Source: Thermodesulfobacteriota bacterium
Lineage (GTDB): Bacteria; Desulfobacterota; Binatia; Bin18
DNA: 64,000 nt
Assembly (NCBI GenBank): GCA_964291405.2
Contig: OZ219926.1
Span: forward strand, 4,480,001-4,544,000
Reading direction: 5' to 3'
The position numbers and the translations under genes were made by a program. The notes beneath the pieces are model-generated. The model saw only the letters and a list, made by a program, of their open reading frames with translations, searched no databases and was not told the DNA's origin. Shown here piece by piece: positions 47,371 to 59,226 of this stretch (its first letter is position 1; each line of letters opens with the position of its first letter).

Positions 47371-47871
47371 TTACTGCAATACGGGAGCCACGGCAAAGCT
47401 TTTTATCCAGTTGCTCTGTTCAATAGTATCCGGGACTGTACATCCTCGTGCCTGACTAATTTGGACCAGGGCAGCTTCCGGGTCTATCCCGGCTGAGACG
47501 AGTAAGAGAGCCGTTATCAGGCTTGAGCGTCCAATCCCTTGCCGACAATGGACGGCTACGGATTTGCCCTCTTCAAGAGATCTCTCCAGATTCTGTACTA
47601 AGTCAGTCGTTGTTTTTCGTGACGCAGGGACCCCTCGGTCCTGTATCGGGTAGGCGTAGAATTGGATGCCCTGTACCCGGCACAAAAGTTCTTCCTGATT
47701 CAGTTCAAGCTCGGTATTTTCATCGGGGGCGAGCAGTGAAACCACTACATCCAGCCCGGCTTCCTGCCAGGAGCGGACTTCCTCTTCGAGCCAGTCGCCT
47801 CCGCGCGGACGCGGTACTATCGCCAGACGCCCAGGCCAGGGGCCTGCTATCCAATACGCTGTTGTTCTCAT
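47371..47871 (-). CDS. Dual-specificity/protein-tyrosine phosphatase family protein
   Basis: PIQDRGVP acid loop and HCRQGIGRS CX5R motif. Confidence 0.9.
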   Translation of the reverse strand: MRTTAYWIAGPWPGRLAIVPRPRGGDWLEEEVRSWQEAGLDVVVSLLAPDENTELELNQEELLCRVQGIQFYAYPIQDRGVPASRKTTTDLVQNLERSLEEGKSVAVHCRQGIGRSSLITALLLVSAGIDPEAALVQISQARGCTVPDTIEQSNWIKSFAVAPVLQ

Positions 47872-47884
47872 GCAAGTCTCTTCG

Positions 47885-48133
47885 TTACGGCAGTGGCTCC
47901 TTGTCAAAAAGCTCACGGGGGAGCGCGTCTACGTCAACCCCTCGGTCTCGTAAGACTTTAATCCGATGATGACCATCGATCATAGTTCCATCGCGCTTGA
48001 CCTTGAGCGCCCCTTCTTGTCCAGGACTGAGCGATTCCATGAGTTCTTCAGTTGTCAGTTTATCAAATTGGGCCAACTTAGGCTGACTTAATGAACTTTC
48101 AGGGTGTAACGACTTTAAGGATGATTGATCCAT
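47885..48133 (-). CDS. Small ParB/sulfiredoxin-fold protein
   Basis: LKVKRDGTMIDGHHRIKVL (IDGHHR motif); 82 aa, no HTH. Confidence 0.7.
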   Translation of the reverse strand: MDQSSLKSLHPESSLSQPKLAQFDKLTTEELMESLSPGQEGALKVKRDGTMIDGHHRIKVLRDRGVDVDALPRELFDKEPLP

Positions 48134-48374
48134 AATTCAGGAGATCTCGTCCGAGAGAAATGTGGATGTTTCTATTCGTGTAAAGTCCATTCATATTACT
48201 ATTATTTCCTTCTAGTTGCTCAACTACAATCAAGCTGCCTAATGAAATGGGTAAACTCTACAACTTCTTGCGGTCAAACGCGTCGCCGCCTGCCGCTCAC
48301 CCATCGGTAGTGATGCTTTGTCGCATTGATTCAACCTTATGACCTTTACATGTCGCGGGCAGCCCTACAAGTAG

Positions 48375-49938
<1,564 letters not shown>

Positions 49939-49939
<1 letters not shown>

Positions 49940-51504
49940 TGCCCCAAGGTCTGCGTTATCGCCTCCTTTTGATTGTCGGTCTCGCGCTGTGGGGGGGTCT
50001 CTATCTCATCCCGTCTTTCAGCTCCGCGTTGCCGGGTTGGTGGCCGTCCTTTCTGCCCTCCCATCAGATTCGTCTGGGTCTTGATCTGCGTGGCGGAACA
50101 TATCTGTTGTTGACGGTTGACCTGGAGAAGGCTGTTGAAAACAGCCTGGATCAGTACGCCGAAGAATTCCGACGGGCGCTGAGTGAGGCCGAGGCCGGCA
50201 TCGTCGATATTCGGCGAGAAGGCAATACGTTGCGCTTTTCCACCATATCCGAATCAGACCGAACAATAGTGCGGGAGATTCTGGCCGACCGCTTCCCCAT
50301 TCTCGAACCCCGGATCGGCACCGGTTCAAGCTCGGATATTGTCGTTGACCTTGACAGCCGCCAGATCGAAACGCTTCACCAGTACGCAGTCGATCAATCG
50401 CTGGAAACCATCCGCAACCGGATCGACCAGTTCGGCGTGGCCGAACCCATTATCCAACGTCAAGGCGACCGGGATATTCTGGTCCAACTGCCCGGCATCC
50501 AGGATCCTGAACGCGCCAAGGAATTGATCGGTAGAACCGCGGTATTGGAATTCAAGCTGGTGGCGGAAGAGGGCAGTACACGCGAAACCGAGACCCTGAA
50601 TGGTCAGGACCGTGACCCGCTGAGCGGGGAGCCGATTCGGACCACTTATACCTTGGAAAGACAGACCTTGCTTTCCGGTGATGGGGTGGCTGACGCCCGC
50701 GTGCGTCCCAGCGTAGACATTGAAGGGCCGTACGTCGAGCTGATTCTGAACAATCGCGGGGCCGAGACCTTTGAAGAAGTAACCGGGGCCAATGTCGGCC
50801 GCCGTCTGGCCATTGTGCTGGATAATACCGTGTATTCGGCCCCTGTGATTCGCGACCGGATCGGCGGCGGACACGCCTCCATCACGGGCGGGTTTGACAT
50901 TAGGGAAGCCCGCGACCTCGCCATTGTCCTACGCGCCGGTGCGCTGCCTGCGCCCGTCACCATCGCCGAGGAGCGGACAGTCGGGCCGTCTCTCGGGCGG
51001 GACTCGATCGAGCAAGGAACCATGTCCTTTATTATTGGCGGGGTCTTGGTCGTGGTCTTCATGGTCGTGTATTACAACCTGGCCGGCCTCCTGGCCGACC
51101 TCGCGCTGACCTTGAATATCCTGCTGCTCCTGGCTGCCCTGGCCATGTTTGACGCCACCCTGACCCTTCCGGGCATTGCCGGTATTGTCCTCACCGTGGG
51201 CATGGCGGTGGACGCCAATGTGCTGATCAACGAACGCATGCGAGAAGAGGTGCGACTCGGCAAAGGGGCACGGGCCGCGGTAGACTCCGGCTACGAGCGC
51301 GCCTTGCCGGCTATTTTTGACTCGAATATCACCACGTTTTTATCGGGCCTGATTCTGTTTCAGTTCGGGTCCGGCCCCATCAAAGGCTTCGCCGTCACCC
51401 TATGTATTGGGATTATCAGCACGGTGTTCACGACGGTGTTCTGCACGCGGGCGGTGTATGATTATTTTCTGGCGCGGCGGCGTTTACACACCCTGAGCGT
51501 CTGA
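49939..51504 (+). CDS. secD: Protein translocase subunit SecD
   Basis: LGLDLRGG, RNRIDQFGVAEP, LRAGALPAP, MAVDANVLINER. Confidence 0.97.
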
Positions 51505-51534
51505 GCCGGGCGGGACAGCCAAGAGTACAAGACC

Positions 51535-52437
51535 ATGGAACTGATTAAAGCTGGCACGACAATTGATTTTCTGCACTACGCCAAAGGCGCGTATCTGTTT
51601 TCCGCTCTTCTCCTCCTGCTCGGTATCACCGCCTTTTGGTATCGGGGCGGTTTGAACTATGGGGTTGATTTTGCGGGCGGGACCATCGTCCATGTCAAAT
51701 TCAGCCAGCAGACCGAGGCGGCAAGCATTCGTGCTGTTGTCTCCCAAACGGATATTTCAGATATCACGGTCCAGGATTTTGGGCAGAACGGGGATGAATT
51801 CCTGATTCGTATTCCCAAGTCGGAAACAGGCGCTGAAAATTTCTCAAATCGGATTCGCGAGAGCCTGGTTGATGGCTACGGTCCTGAGGCGTTCGATGTC
51901 CGACGGGTCGAAAGCGTCGGCCCAAAAGTCGGGAGGGACTTGCGGCGGAAAGGCATTCTCGCCGTTGTGTTCGCCACCTTCATGATGGGTGGCTATATTG
52001 CCTTCCGGTTTGAGCCCCGGTTTGGGGTGGGTGCGGGTGTCGCCCTGGTCCATGATGTCTTGGTGACTACTACCGTTTTGCTTGTAGCCGATGTTGAGTT
52101 CGATCTGACCGTTGTGGCCGCCCTGTTAACCGTCATCGGCTATTCGGTCAACGATACGGTCATTGTGTGTGACCGCGTGCGGGAAAACATGCGCAAGCTG
52201 CGTCGTGAGACTATGCGGACGATCATCAACCGCAGTATTAATGAGACCCTGAGCCGTACGGTGATCACGACCGGGACAGTTCTCATGGTCATCCTGGCCC
52301 TCTTCTTTTTGGGTGGCTCGGTGATCCATGCCTTCGCGCTCGTTCTGCTGGTCGGGATGACGGTCGGAACGTATTCCTCCATCTATGTTGCCAGTCCGGT
52401 TGTTCTGCTGTGGGAAAAGGGGACCGCCAGGCAGTGA
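51535..52437 (+). CDS. secF: Protein translocase subunit SecF
   Basis: GVDFAGG, VGPKVG, GYSVNDTVIV.DRVREN, GTYSSIYVASP. Confidence 0.97.
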   Translation: MELIKAGTTIDFLHYAKGAYLFSALLLLLGITAFWYRGGLNYGVDFAGGTIVHVKFSQQTEAASIRAVVSQTDISDITVQDFGQNGDEFLIRIPKSETGAENFSNRIRESLVDGYGPEAFDVRRVESVGPKVGRDLRRKGILAVVFATFMMGGYIAFRFEPRFGVGAGVALVHDVLVTTTVLLVADVEFDLTVVAALLTVIGYSVNDTVIVCDRVRENMRKLRRETMRTIINRSINETLSRTVITTGTVLMVILALFFLGGSVIHAFALVLLVGMTVGTYSSIYVASPVVLLWEKGTARQ

Positions 52438-54185
52438 ATAGCCCAGGCGCACGGCTCGAAAAACGCTGGTACCTGCGGCCGGCTGACCCGAGGCGGACTC
52501 AAGACCTGATCGAGTCAACCCAGCCCGAACCCCTCTCTCCAGTTACGGCGCGGCTACTCGTCAACCGCGGTATTGATACGGCCGACAAGGCCGCTACATT
52601 TTTATCTCCTACCCTGCGTACGGGTCTCCGTTCGCCCATGCTCTTCCCTGATATGCGGCGCGCGACAGACCGTTTGCTCCACGCCCGCGAGCGAGGCGAA
52701 CGCGTGTGTATATGGGGAGACTATGACGTTGATGGGGTGACCGGAAGCTCTCAGCTCATCCTGTTCTTACGGGAAATCGGTATGGACCCGAGGCTGTACA
52801 TTCCCCATCGAACCCGTGAAGGATACGGACTGAACACGCCCGCTATTGAGCAACTGGCCGGTGAGGGCACGCGGGTCTTGGTGACGGCTGACTGCGGAGC
52901 AACCAGCCATCAGGAGATTACGCGGGCGCAGCAACTCGGTATCGATGTGATCGTATGTGATCACCATCACGTCCCGGAGGAAAAACTGCCAGCCTATGCG
53001 GTGCTGAACCCGATGGAAGCCGACTGTCCCTTTTCTTTTTCCGGGCTGTCCGGGGCAGGTGTTGCGTTTTATTTGCTTATGGGGTTGCGGATGCAGCTGC
53101 GCGAGCAGGGGGAGCAGCCCGTTCCCGACCTCCGGCGCTATTTGGATTTGGTCTGTCTGGGGACGGTGGCTGATCTTGTACCGTTGATTGAAGAAAATCG
53201 TGTGCTCGTCACTCACGGTCTGAGACACATCGCAACCAGCCAACGCCCTGGTATTCGTGCGCTGCGAGCGGTGAGCGGTGATGACGATGTGACGGCGAGC
53301 TATATCGGCTTTCGTCTCGGACCACGCATCAATGCCGGGGGGCGGCTGGCCGAGGCGCAGAAGGCAGTTGAGCTACTCACGACAACGGATACCGAACGCG
53401 CCCGGTTTCTGGCTGCTGAGCTGGATAAGGAAAATATCGCCCGCAAAGCTATTGAAGAAGAAATATTGCAACAGGCGCTCGCCCTGGCGCAAGCCCAGCT
53501 TGCACAGGGCCTGCGCTACAGCTTTGTCTTAGCCTCGCCAGAGTGGCATCCCGGGGTGATTGGCATTGTGGCGTCCCGCTTGGTCGAGCGCTTTGGCCGT
53601 CCGACCATCCTCATTGCGATTGACGGTGATACGGGGAAAGGGTCGGGACGGAGCCCCAAGACTTTCCACCTGTATAAAGGAATGCAGGCATGTGCCGAGC
53701 GCTTGGCTGGTTATGGCGGGCATCGCCAAGCCGCCGGGCTGTCGATCCGGGCAGCGTCAATAGCGACCTTTGCCGACGAGTTTGAGGCGGTTGTGCGCCA
53801 GCACCTGACCCCTGATGATCTTGTCCCCATTATCGAGTTTGACGCCGACCTTGATGTTGCGCTGGTCGGGCCGGAATTGCTCGATGAACTGCATCGTCTT
53901 CAGCCCTGTGGGCCGGGCAATCCAGAACCGGTGTTTCGGTCCTTGCAGACTGAAGTGGTCAGTACCCGTGTCGTCGGCGATCAGTCTCGTGGAAAGTCCG
54001 GACACCTCAAGCTCGTGCTGCGCTCTTCCCAAGGTGGACCGCCTGTTGATGCTATCGGGTTTGGGATGGGTGACCGTCCGATTGTTCCCCGCCAACAGGT
54101 TGATATACTCTACACGCCAACGCTGAACGTCTGGAATGGGCAGGCGAGTCTCCAGCTTCGCCTGCGCGATCTGAAAGTTCACTAA
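52434..54185 (+). CDS. recJ: ssDNA-specific exonuclease RecJ
   Basis: GDYDVDG, DCG, DHH, GTVADLVPL..ENR, PRINAGGR, GGH..AAG. Confidence 0.96.
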   Translation: MNSPGARLEKRWYLRPADPRRTQDLIESTQPEPLSPVTARLLVNRGIDTADKAATFLSPTLRTGLRSPMLFPDMRRATDRLLHARERGERVCIWGDYDVDGVTGSSQLILFLREIGMDPRLYIPHRTREGYGLNTPAIEQLAGEGTRVLVTADCGATSHQEITRAQQLGIDVIVCDHHHVPEEKLPAYAVLNPMEADCPFSFSGLSGAGVAFYLLMGLRMQLREQGEQPVPDLRRYLDLVCLGTVADLVPLIEENRVLVTHGLRHIATSQRPGIRALRAVSGDDDVTASYIGFRLGPRINAGGRLAEAQKAVELLTTTDTERARFLAAELDKENIARKAIEEEILQQALALAQAQLAQGLRYSFVLASPEWHPGVIGIVASRLVERFGRPTILIAIDGDTGKGSGRSPKTFHLYKGMQACAERLAGYGGHRQAAGLSIRAASIATFADEFEAVVRQHLTPDDLVPIIEFDADLDVALVGPELLDELHRLQPCGPGNPEPVFRSLQTEVVSTRVVGDQSRGKSGHLKLVLRSSQGGPPVDAIGFGMGDRPIVPRQQVDILYTPTLNVWNGQASLQLRLRDLKVH

Positions 54186-54206
54186 CCCTGCGAAATTACA
54201 CGGACA

Positions 54207-54235
54207 TTGACGATTAAAGGGGGGTGTGGTATACC
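54207..54235 (+). promoter_or_regulatory. Putative sigma70 promoter
   Basis: TTGACG-17 bp-TATACC upstream of the HTH gene. Confidence 0.45.
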
Positions 54236-54273
54236 CCAGCCACCAATCTGAGTCACGCGGGAAATAGAGAGCT

Positions 54274-54465
54274 GTGGAAGAAAAAGAAGAAGTGCTGCTC
54301 AATAGCCGCCAGGTAGCCGCGCTCCTTGAGCTGAGCCCGGATACGGTCAACGAGCTTGCCCGGAAGAACATACTCCCAGGTGTCAAACGGGGGAGGCAGT
54401 GGCGGTTTCGTCGGCAGGACATCACGCTTTTTAAGAAACAGCAGCAAAAGCAGGAAGCCGCCTAG
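54274..54465 (+). CDS. Small excisionase-like HTH (HTH_17) DNA-binding protein
   Basis: LLNSRQVAALLELSPDTVNELARKNILPGVKRGRQWRF. Confidence 0.82.
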   Translation: MEEKEEVLLNSRQVAALLELSPDTVNELARKNILPGVKRGRQWRFRRQDITLFKKQQQKQEAA

Positions 54466-54485
54466 ACTTTGAGGGAGGATAGCGG

Positions 54486-55199
54486 GTGCTGGCTACACAG
54501 AATGAGCGGGATACCCGGCACGCTCACGAGAGTAAGATTTACTCCGAGTTTTCCCATCTCTACGATAAGATCTTCGCTCGTTTTTTTACCGACCGTATCT
54601 CCGCGGTCATCCAGGGTCTCAACATTCAGCCTCACGACAGTGTGCTCGAAGTGGGAGTCGGAACTGGCCTGTCCATGGAGGCCTACCCGCCCCACTGTCA
54701 GGTGACCGGGGTAGACCTTGCTCCCGACATGTTAGAGCGTGCCCAGCAACGGGCGGACGAGAACCAGTGGCACCATTTTCACCTGCTGACGATGGACGCC
54801 ATGAGCCTCGACTTTCCGGACAATTCTTTTGACTATGTGACCTCGTTTCACGTCATTAGTGTCGTGCCTGACCCCGTACGGATGATGCGCGAAATCCACC
54901 GGGTCTGTAAGCCGGGCGGAAAAATCGCCATCATCAACCATTTCCGATCGACCAAGCCGATTATTGGCGCCCTTATTGGCGCCCTCGACCCTCTCACCAG
55001 ACGGCTGGGCTGGAGCGCTGCACTGCGTCTGAAACAAGCCTTTGACGATGTTCCTATCCGCATTGAGAAGCGGTATAAAACCCACCCGATGTCCTTGTTT
55101 ACCGTGGTGCTGGCCGAAAATCTGAAGAATGGTGTTGCCCCGGAAAACAGTCCGGACAGGCAACTTGGCGCCGACCGGAACGGTATCCATCTCACGTAA
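54486..55199 (+). CDS. Class I SAM-dependent methyltransferase, phospholipid N-methyltransferase (PmtA)-like
   Basis: VLEVGVGTG, GVDLAPDML, MDA..LDFPDNSFD, VISVVPDP, INHF. Confidence 0.8.
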   Translation: MLATQNERDTRHAHESKIYSEFSHLYDKIFARFFTDRISAVIQGLNIQPHDSVLEVGVGTGLSMEAYPPHCQVTGVDLAPDMLERAQQRADENQWHHFHLLTMDAMSLDFPDNSFDYVTSFHVISVVPDPVRMMREIHRVCKPGGKIAIINHFRSTKPIIGALIGALDPLTRRLGWSAALRLKQAFDDVPIRIEKRYKTHPMSLFTVVLAENLKNGVAPENSPDRQLGADRNGIHLT

Positions 55200-55257
55200 T
55201 TATACCCCCCAAGCCTGTCCCTGGCTGACCGGAACACGGTTTCCCTCGACTGTGATA

Positions 55258-55971
55258 TTAGAAATTTGCCGGTCTGCCCACCGCAGCCAAGAGCAGATGG
55301 GGGAAATCCACGGTCATGCCATCAACTCCGGCGTCAATGGCCGCACGCATCATATCGGGGTCTTTGATGCCCCACGCCCGGACCTCGAGGCCCGCGGCTT
55401 TCCAGGCCGTGACCATCTCACGCGAAAGAAATGGGGCCGGCGGACAGATTTGATCAAACCCGGCGTCCAGCACGCGCTGGGTGGTTTCCGGTTTGGCATC
55501 GATCGTCAGCTGGCCGACTTTCGCCGTGGGCGCATGGGTCTTGAGATTGTGGACAATGGAAAAGAAAAACGACGAGAAGGTGACCTGGGCCAGCAACTCC
55601 ATTTCGCGGACCATGTCGAGCACCCGGAGCTCTATGCCGCGCTGCTTGACTTCGAGCACGAGGTGGGTCCGTTTGCCGTAATGCGCGAGCGTCTCTCGGA
55701 GTAAGGGGACCCGCGCGCCAGCATAGTCTTCGCTAAACCAGGAGCCAGCATCGAACTCCTTCACGACTGACCAGGGGGTATCGTGCACAACCCCCGACCC
55801 ATTGGTCGTCCGGCTCAGATTTTTGTCATGAATGAGGACCAGCTCACCGTCGCTGGTGGAATGCACGTCAGTTTCGATTGCGTCCACGCCGATCGACAGT
55901 GCTCGGTCGAAGCTGGCCCAGGTGTTCTCCGGAGCGAGCGCCGCCGCGCCGCGATGTCCAATCACTTGCAT
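55258..55971 (-). CDS. Glycerophosphodiester phosphodiesterase
   Basis: GHRG...PENT, IETDV, HD..L.RTT, GVDGMTVDFP. Confidence 0.92.
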   Translation of the reverse strand: MQVIGHRGAAALAPENTWASFDRALSIGVDAIETDVHSTSDGELVLIHDKNLSRTTNGSGVVHDTPWSVVKEFDAGSWFSEDYAGARVPLLRETLAHYGKRTHLVLEVKQRGIELRVLDMVREMELLAQVTFSSFFFSIVHNLKTHAPTAKVGQLTIDAKPETTQRVLDAGFDQICPPAPFLSREMVTAWKAAGLEVRAWGIKDPDMMRAAIDAGVDGMTVDFPHLLLAAVGRPANF

Positions 55972-56012
55972 GAGAAAAACCGCCGCCCGGACAAATCCCC
56001 GCTCCCCGCGCC

Positions 56013-57257
56013 TTAATTTAACTCCTGACTCGAATAGCCCAAAATGCGGCGCGCAATAATGAGCAAGTTGATCTGCTGGGTCCCCTCATAAATATCGCTG
56101 ATCTTGGCGTCCCGCATCCATTTTTCGAGCAGGGTTTTGCGCGAATAACCCAACGGGCCAAGCAGTTCGACCGCCTTCTGCGTGACCTGAGTCACCATAC
56201 TGCCGGCTTTGGCTTTGGCCATAGAGGCTTCGAGATTATTCTGGATACCCTGATCGAGCATCCAGGCCGCCCGCCACGTCAACAGCCGCGCGGCCTGGAG
56301 ATTGGCCTCCATATCCATAAAGTCCCGCTCAAGCGTGGTCAGCTTTGTCGGCGGGGTGGCGTAACGAATGGTGATGCCTTCTGCCGCAAACATCTCGCGG
56401 ACATAATCCACCGCGGCCCGCGCCACACCAAGCGCGCTTGCCGCAACCAGCGGCCGGGTGGCGTCAAACGTGGCCATGACCCCCTTAAAACCCGTGGTCG
56501 ATTGCTTGACCTCTGCCTTGCCGAGAATATTATCGAGCGGAATCCGGCAGTCTTCAAAGACGAGCATGGCCGTGTCTGAGGCGCGGATACCCATTTTGTC
56601 TTCCACTTTGGCGACCGTCATGCCAGGGGTGTGGTGATCCACCACAAAGGCTTTGATGCCCGCACGTCCGGCCGACTTATCCACCGTGGCCCAGACAACC
56701 ACAAAGCCCTCTGATTTTTCGGCAGCCATGAGCCCGCTGGTGCAAAAGATCTTGGTGCCATTGAGAACCCACTGATCCCCGTCCTGCACCGCGGTCGTGG
56801 TGAGCGCGGCCGAGTCCGAACCACAGCCCGGCTCGGTAATCGCCATGGCGCCCCATTTTGGTTCCCCGTCACGGAAGCGAGAGAGAAAGCGCTCTTTCTG
56901 CTCGGGAGTTCCGGCCGCCGCAACCGCGGCACCGCCGAGCCCCGGATGGGGAATGCTGAGATACAGACCGACATCGCCCCACGATAATTCTTCAACCAGG
57001 ACTGCCGAACGGACGGTGCGTTCCGAGGGGCGTCGTTCGACACTCTCCGCCTTCCCGTTCGCCCCCTTTTTTTGTTTGCTATCCCCGAAGCTGATCATAT
57101 TTTTGGAGGCACCCCACATCATGTTCAGCCATTCCGTCGGCTTTTCATGCTCGCGTTCGTCGTACTCGCGCGAGATCGGGCGCATGGTCCCATCTGCAAC
57201 GGCGTGGATCATGTCGCGGTTTTTTTCAACTGCCGGGGAAAGGGAGAAGTCAATCAT
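56013..57257 (-). CDS. Acyl-CoA dehydrogenase (FadE23-like)
   Basis: AITEPGCGSD, LNGTKIF, KMGIRASDT, RDAKISDIYEGTQQI. Confidence 0.9.
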   Translation of the reverse strand: MIDFSLSPAVEKNRDMIHAVADGTMRPISREYDEREHEKPTEWLNMMWGASKNMISFGDSKQKKGANGKAESVERRPSERTVRSAVLVEELSWGDVGLYLSIPHPGLGGAAVAAAGTPEQKERFLSRFRDGEPKWGAMAITEPGCGSDSAALTTTAVQDGDQWVLNGTKIFCTSGLMAAEKSEGFVVVWATVDKSAGRAGIKAFVVDHHTPGMTVAKVEDKMGIRASDTAMLVFEDCRIPLDNILGKAEVKQSTTGFKGVMATFDATRPLVAASALGVARAAVDYVREMFAAEGITIRYATPPTKLTTLERDFMDMEANLQAARLLTWRAAWMLDQGIQNNLEASMAKAKAGSMVTQVTQKAVELLGPLGYSRKTLLEKWMRDAKISDIYEGTQQINLLIIARRILGYSSQELN

Positions 57258-57297
57258 GGTCTGCCTCCAGTTTGGGTCTGTTGGGTCTGTTGGGTCG

Positions 57298-58380
57298 TTA
57301 GATCATGGCCAGTCCCTCAAACGTCGCAAATCCGCGCCCGTTCCGGAGCCAGAGTTCAACCGGATGGTCCCGAATATAGCCATGTCCGCCCAGGGTTTGG
57401 ACGGCATTATCCGTTACTTTGAGGACCATAGTGGCCGCGTAATTCTTGGCCAGACACGCTTCGCGCGTTGCGTCTGCGCCGGTGTCGATTCTCCAGGCCG
57501 CCTCCCAGACGAGGAGGCGGGCCGCGTCGATTTCCATGGCCATCTCGGCCAACATAAAAGCGATGGCCTGTTTCTGGGCAATGGCCGTACCAAAGGCTTT
57601 CCGCTCCTTGGCATACTCCCGCGCATACTCATAGGCGGCTCTGGCTACGCCAACGGCCATGGCCGAGAGAGCGACTCGCGAGCGGTTCAACACGGGCTGG
57701 ATATCGCCTTGCAGTTGTGAGGAAGCAGGAACGCGGCAATTGTCCAGACTCAACTCATACGTAGCCACCGCTTTGAGGCCCATATTTTTCTCCCGTTCGC
57801 CTATGGTCAGGCCCGGCGTATCCTGAGGGAGAAGAAAGACGGTGATACCACTGTCTCCCCTGGCATAGACCAGGAGATAGGCCGCCTCGGCGGCAAGCGG
57901 CACAAAGCACTTGGTACCGTTCAGTACAAACTCGCCGTTGTGTTGCTCGGCTGCTGTAGTGAGTTCATGGAGGTCAAAGCCGAAGCGCGGCTCCATAACT
58001 GCGGCCGTGCCGGCTGTGAAATGGGGGCCGACATAACAGCTGAGAATCTGCGCCTTTTGCTCGTGTGTCCCTAGTGCCATGACCGGATAGGTCACCAGTT
58101 GGGGCGAGAGAATATGGAGCGCCAGAGAGAGGTCGCCCCAGGCCAACTCTTCACAAATAAGTGATCCTGTGACCGCCGAAGACTCTGCGCCAACACCACC
58201 GTACGCCTCGGGAATCGTGCTTTGCACCAGGCCGAGTTCCCAGGCCTGCTGGACCACGGAGGCGGGGCATAAGCCATTCTCGTCTGCATCATGGGCAAGC
58301 GGGCGGAGCTGTTCACGGGCAAACTCCGCAACCGTGTCTCGAATCAGTTGTTGTTCGTCGTCGGGTTGAAAACCAAGCAT
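57298..58380 (-). CDS. Acyl-CoA dehydrogenase (FadE24-like)
   Basis: EELAWGD, ERKAFG..I..KQAIAF, VQTLGGHGYIRDHPVELWLR. Confidence 0.88.
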   Translation of the reverse strand: MLGFQPDDEQQLIRDTVAEFAREQLRPLAHDADENGLCPASVVQQAWELGLVQSTIPEAYGGVGAESSAVTGSLICEELAWGDLSLALHILSPQLVTYPVMALGTHEQKAQILSCYVGPHFTAGTAAVMEPRFGFDLHELTTAAEQHNGEFVLNGTKCFVPLAAEAAYLLVYARGDSGITVFLLPQDTPGLTIGEREKNMGLKAVATYELSLDNCRVPASSQLQGDIQPVLNRSRVALSAMAVGVARAAYEYAREYAKERKAFGTAIAQKQAIAFMLAEMAMEIDAARLLVWEAAWRIDTGADATREACLAKNYAATMVLKVTDNAVQTLGGHGYIRDHPVELWLRNGRGFATFEGLAMI

Positions 58381-58514
58381 ACCAGCCGTCTCCTTGTGAT
58401 TCCTGTCCCTGCGCCGTCCCTAGCTTAGCATAAAAAGGGAGAATTGAACCTTGACTCTCATATGCGCAAGTGGGATGTTGACACATCAACTTTATTCCAC
58501 AGGGAGGGAAGACT

Positions 58515-59204
58515 ATGGGCTTACCGAATGGCGTGCATCATCTGGCGATTTGCACCAAGGACATGAAGGAGCAGATTGAGTTTTTTACTCAAGTCGTCGG
58601 TATGGAGCTGGTTGCGCTGTACTGGATGCATGGCGTGAAGAATACCTATCACGGCTTTGTCCGTCTGGGCGACAGCTCGTCCATTGCCTTTGTCCAAGGC
58701 CCGGAGAGCGGCGAGATTCAACCCCAAACCGGAGTCTCTCATGCGAGTTGGACCGCGGGCCTGGTCGCGCCTGGTGCCATGCAACATCTGGCGCTCAATG
58801 TAGACACGGAAGAAGATTTGCTGACTATGCGAGATCGCGTCCGCTCGCACGGGCACTGGGTCATGGGACCGTTGGATCATGGTTTTTGCAAGTCCATTTA
58901 TTTTGCCGGACCAGAGGGCATGATGCTCGAATTCTCGACTTCCGAGGGCGAGACGATTGATGCCGAAGCCTGGATCGATCCCGAAGTGGTGAAACTCAAC
59001 GGCATCAGTCTGGAAGAGCTGGAACAGTATAAAAATCCTCCGGTATTCGAGTCTCAAGGGGGCGCAGTCCAAAACCCCGAGGTGGATTTGAATGACCCCC
59101 CGATGCAGTTTCCGCCGGGCCAAGAGGTGGTCTATTCAATGTCGGATAAGGACGTGACTGAGAAGTTGAGCGAGACGACACCGCCCGTCCAACCAAATCA
59201 CTGA
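58515..59204 (+). CDS. VOC/glyoxalase family protein
   Basis: GVHHLAI, MQHLALNV, DHGFCKSIYF.GPEG..LEF. Confidence 0.88.
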   Translation: MGLPNGVHHLAICTKDMKEQIEFFTQVVGMELVALYWMHGVKNTYHGFVRLGDSSSIAFVQGPESGEIQPQTGVSHASWTAGLVAPGAMQHLALNVDTEEDLLTMRDRVRSHGHWVMGPLDHGFCKSIYFAGPEGMMLEFSTSEGETIDAEAWIDPEVVKLNGISLEELEQYKNPPVFESQGGAVQNPEVDLNDPPMQFPPGQEVVYSMSDKDVTEKLSETTPPVQPNH

Positions 59205-59226
59205 CGACGCGACCGCAGGAGGGGAT

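Noticed and set aside
54274-54465. Prophage/ICE excisionase marking an integrated element
   Set aside because: No integrase, att site or phage genes nearby; stand-alone HTH_17 regulators are common.
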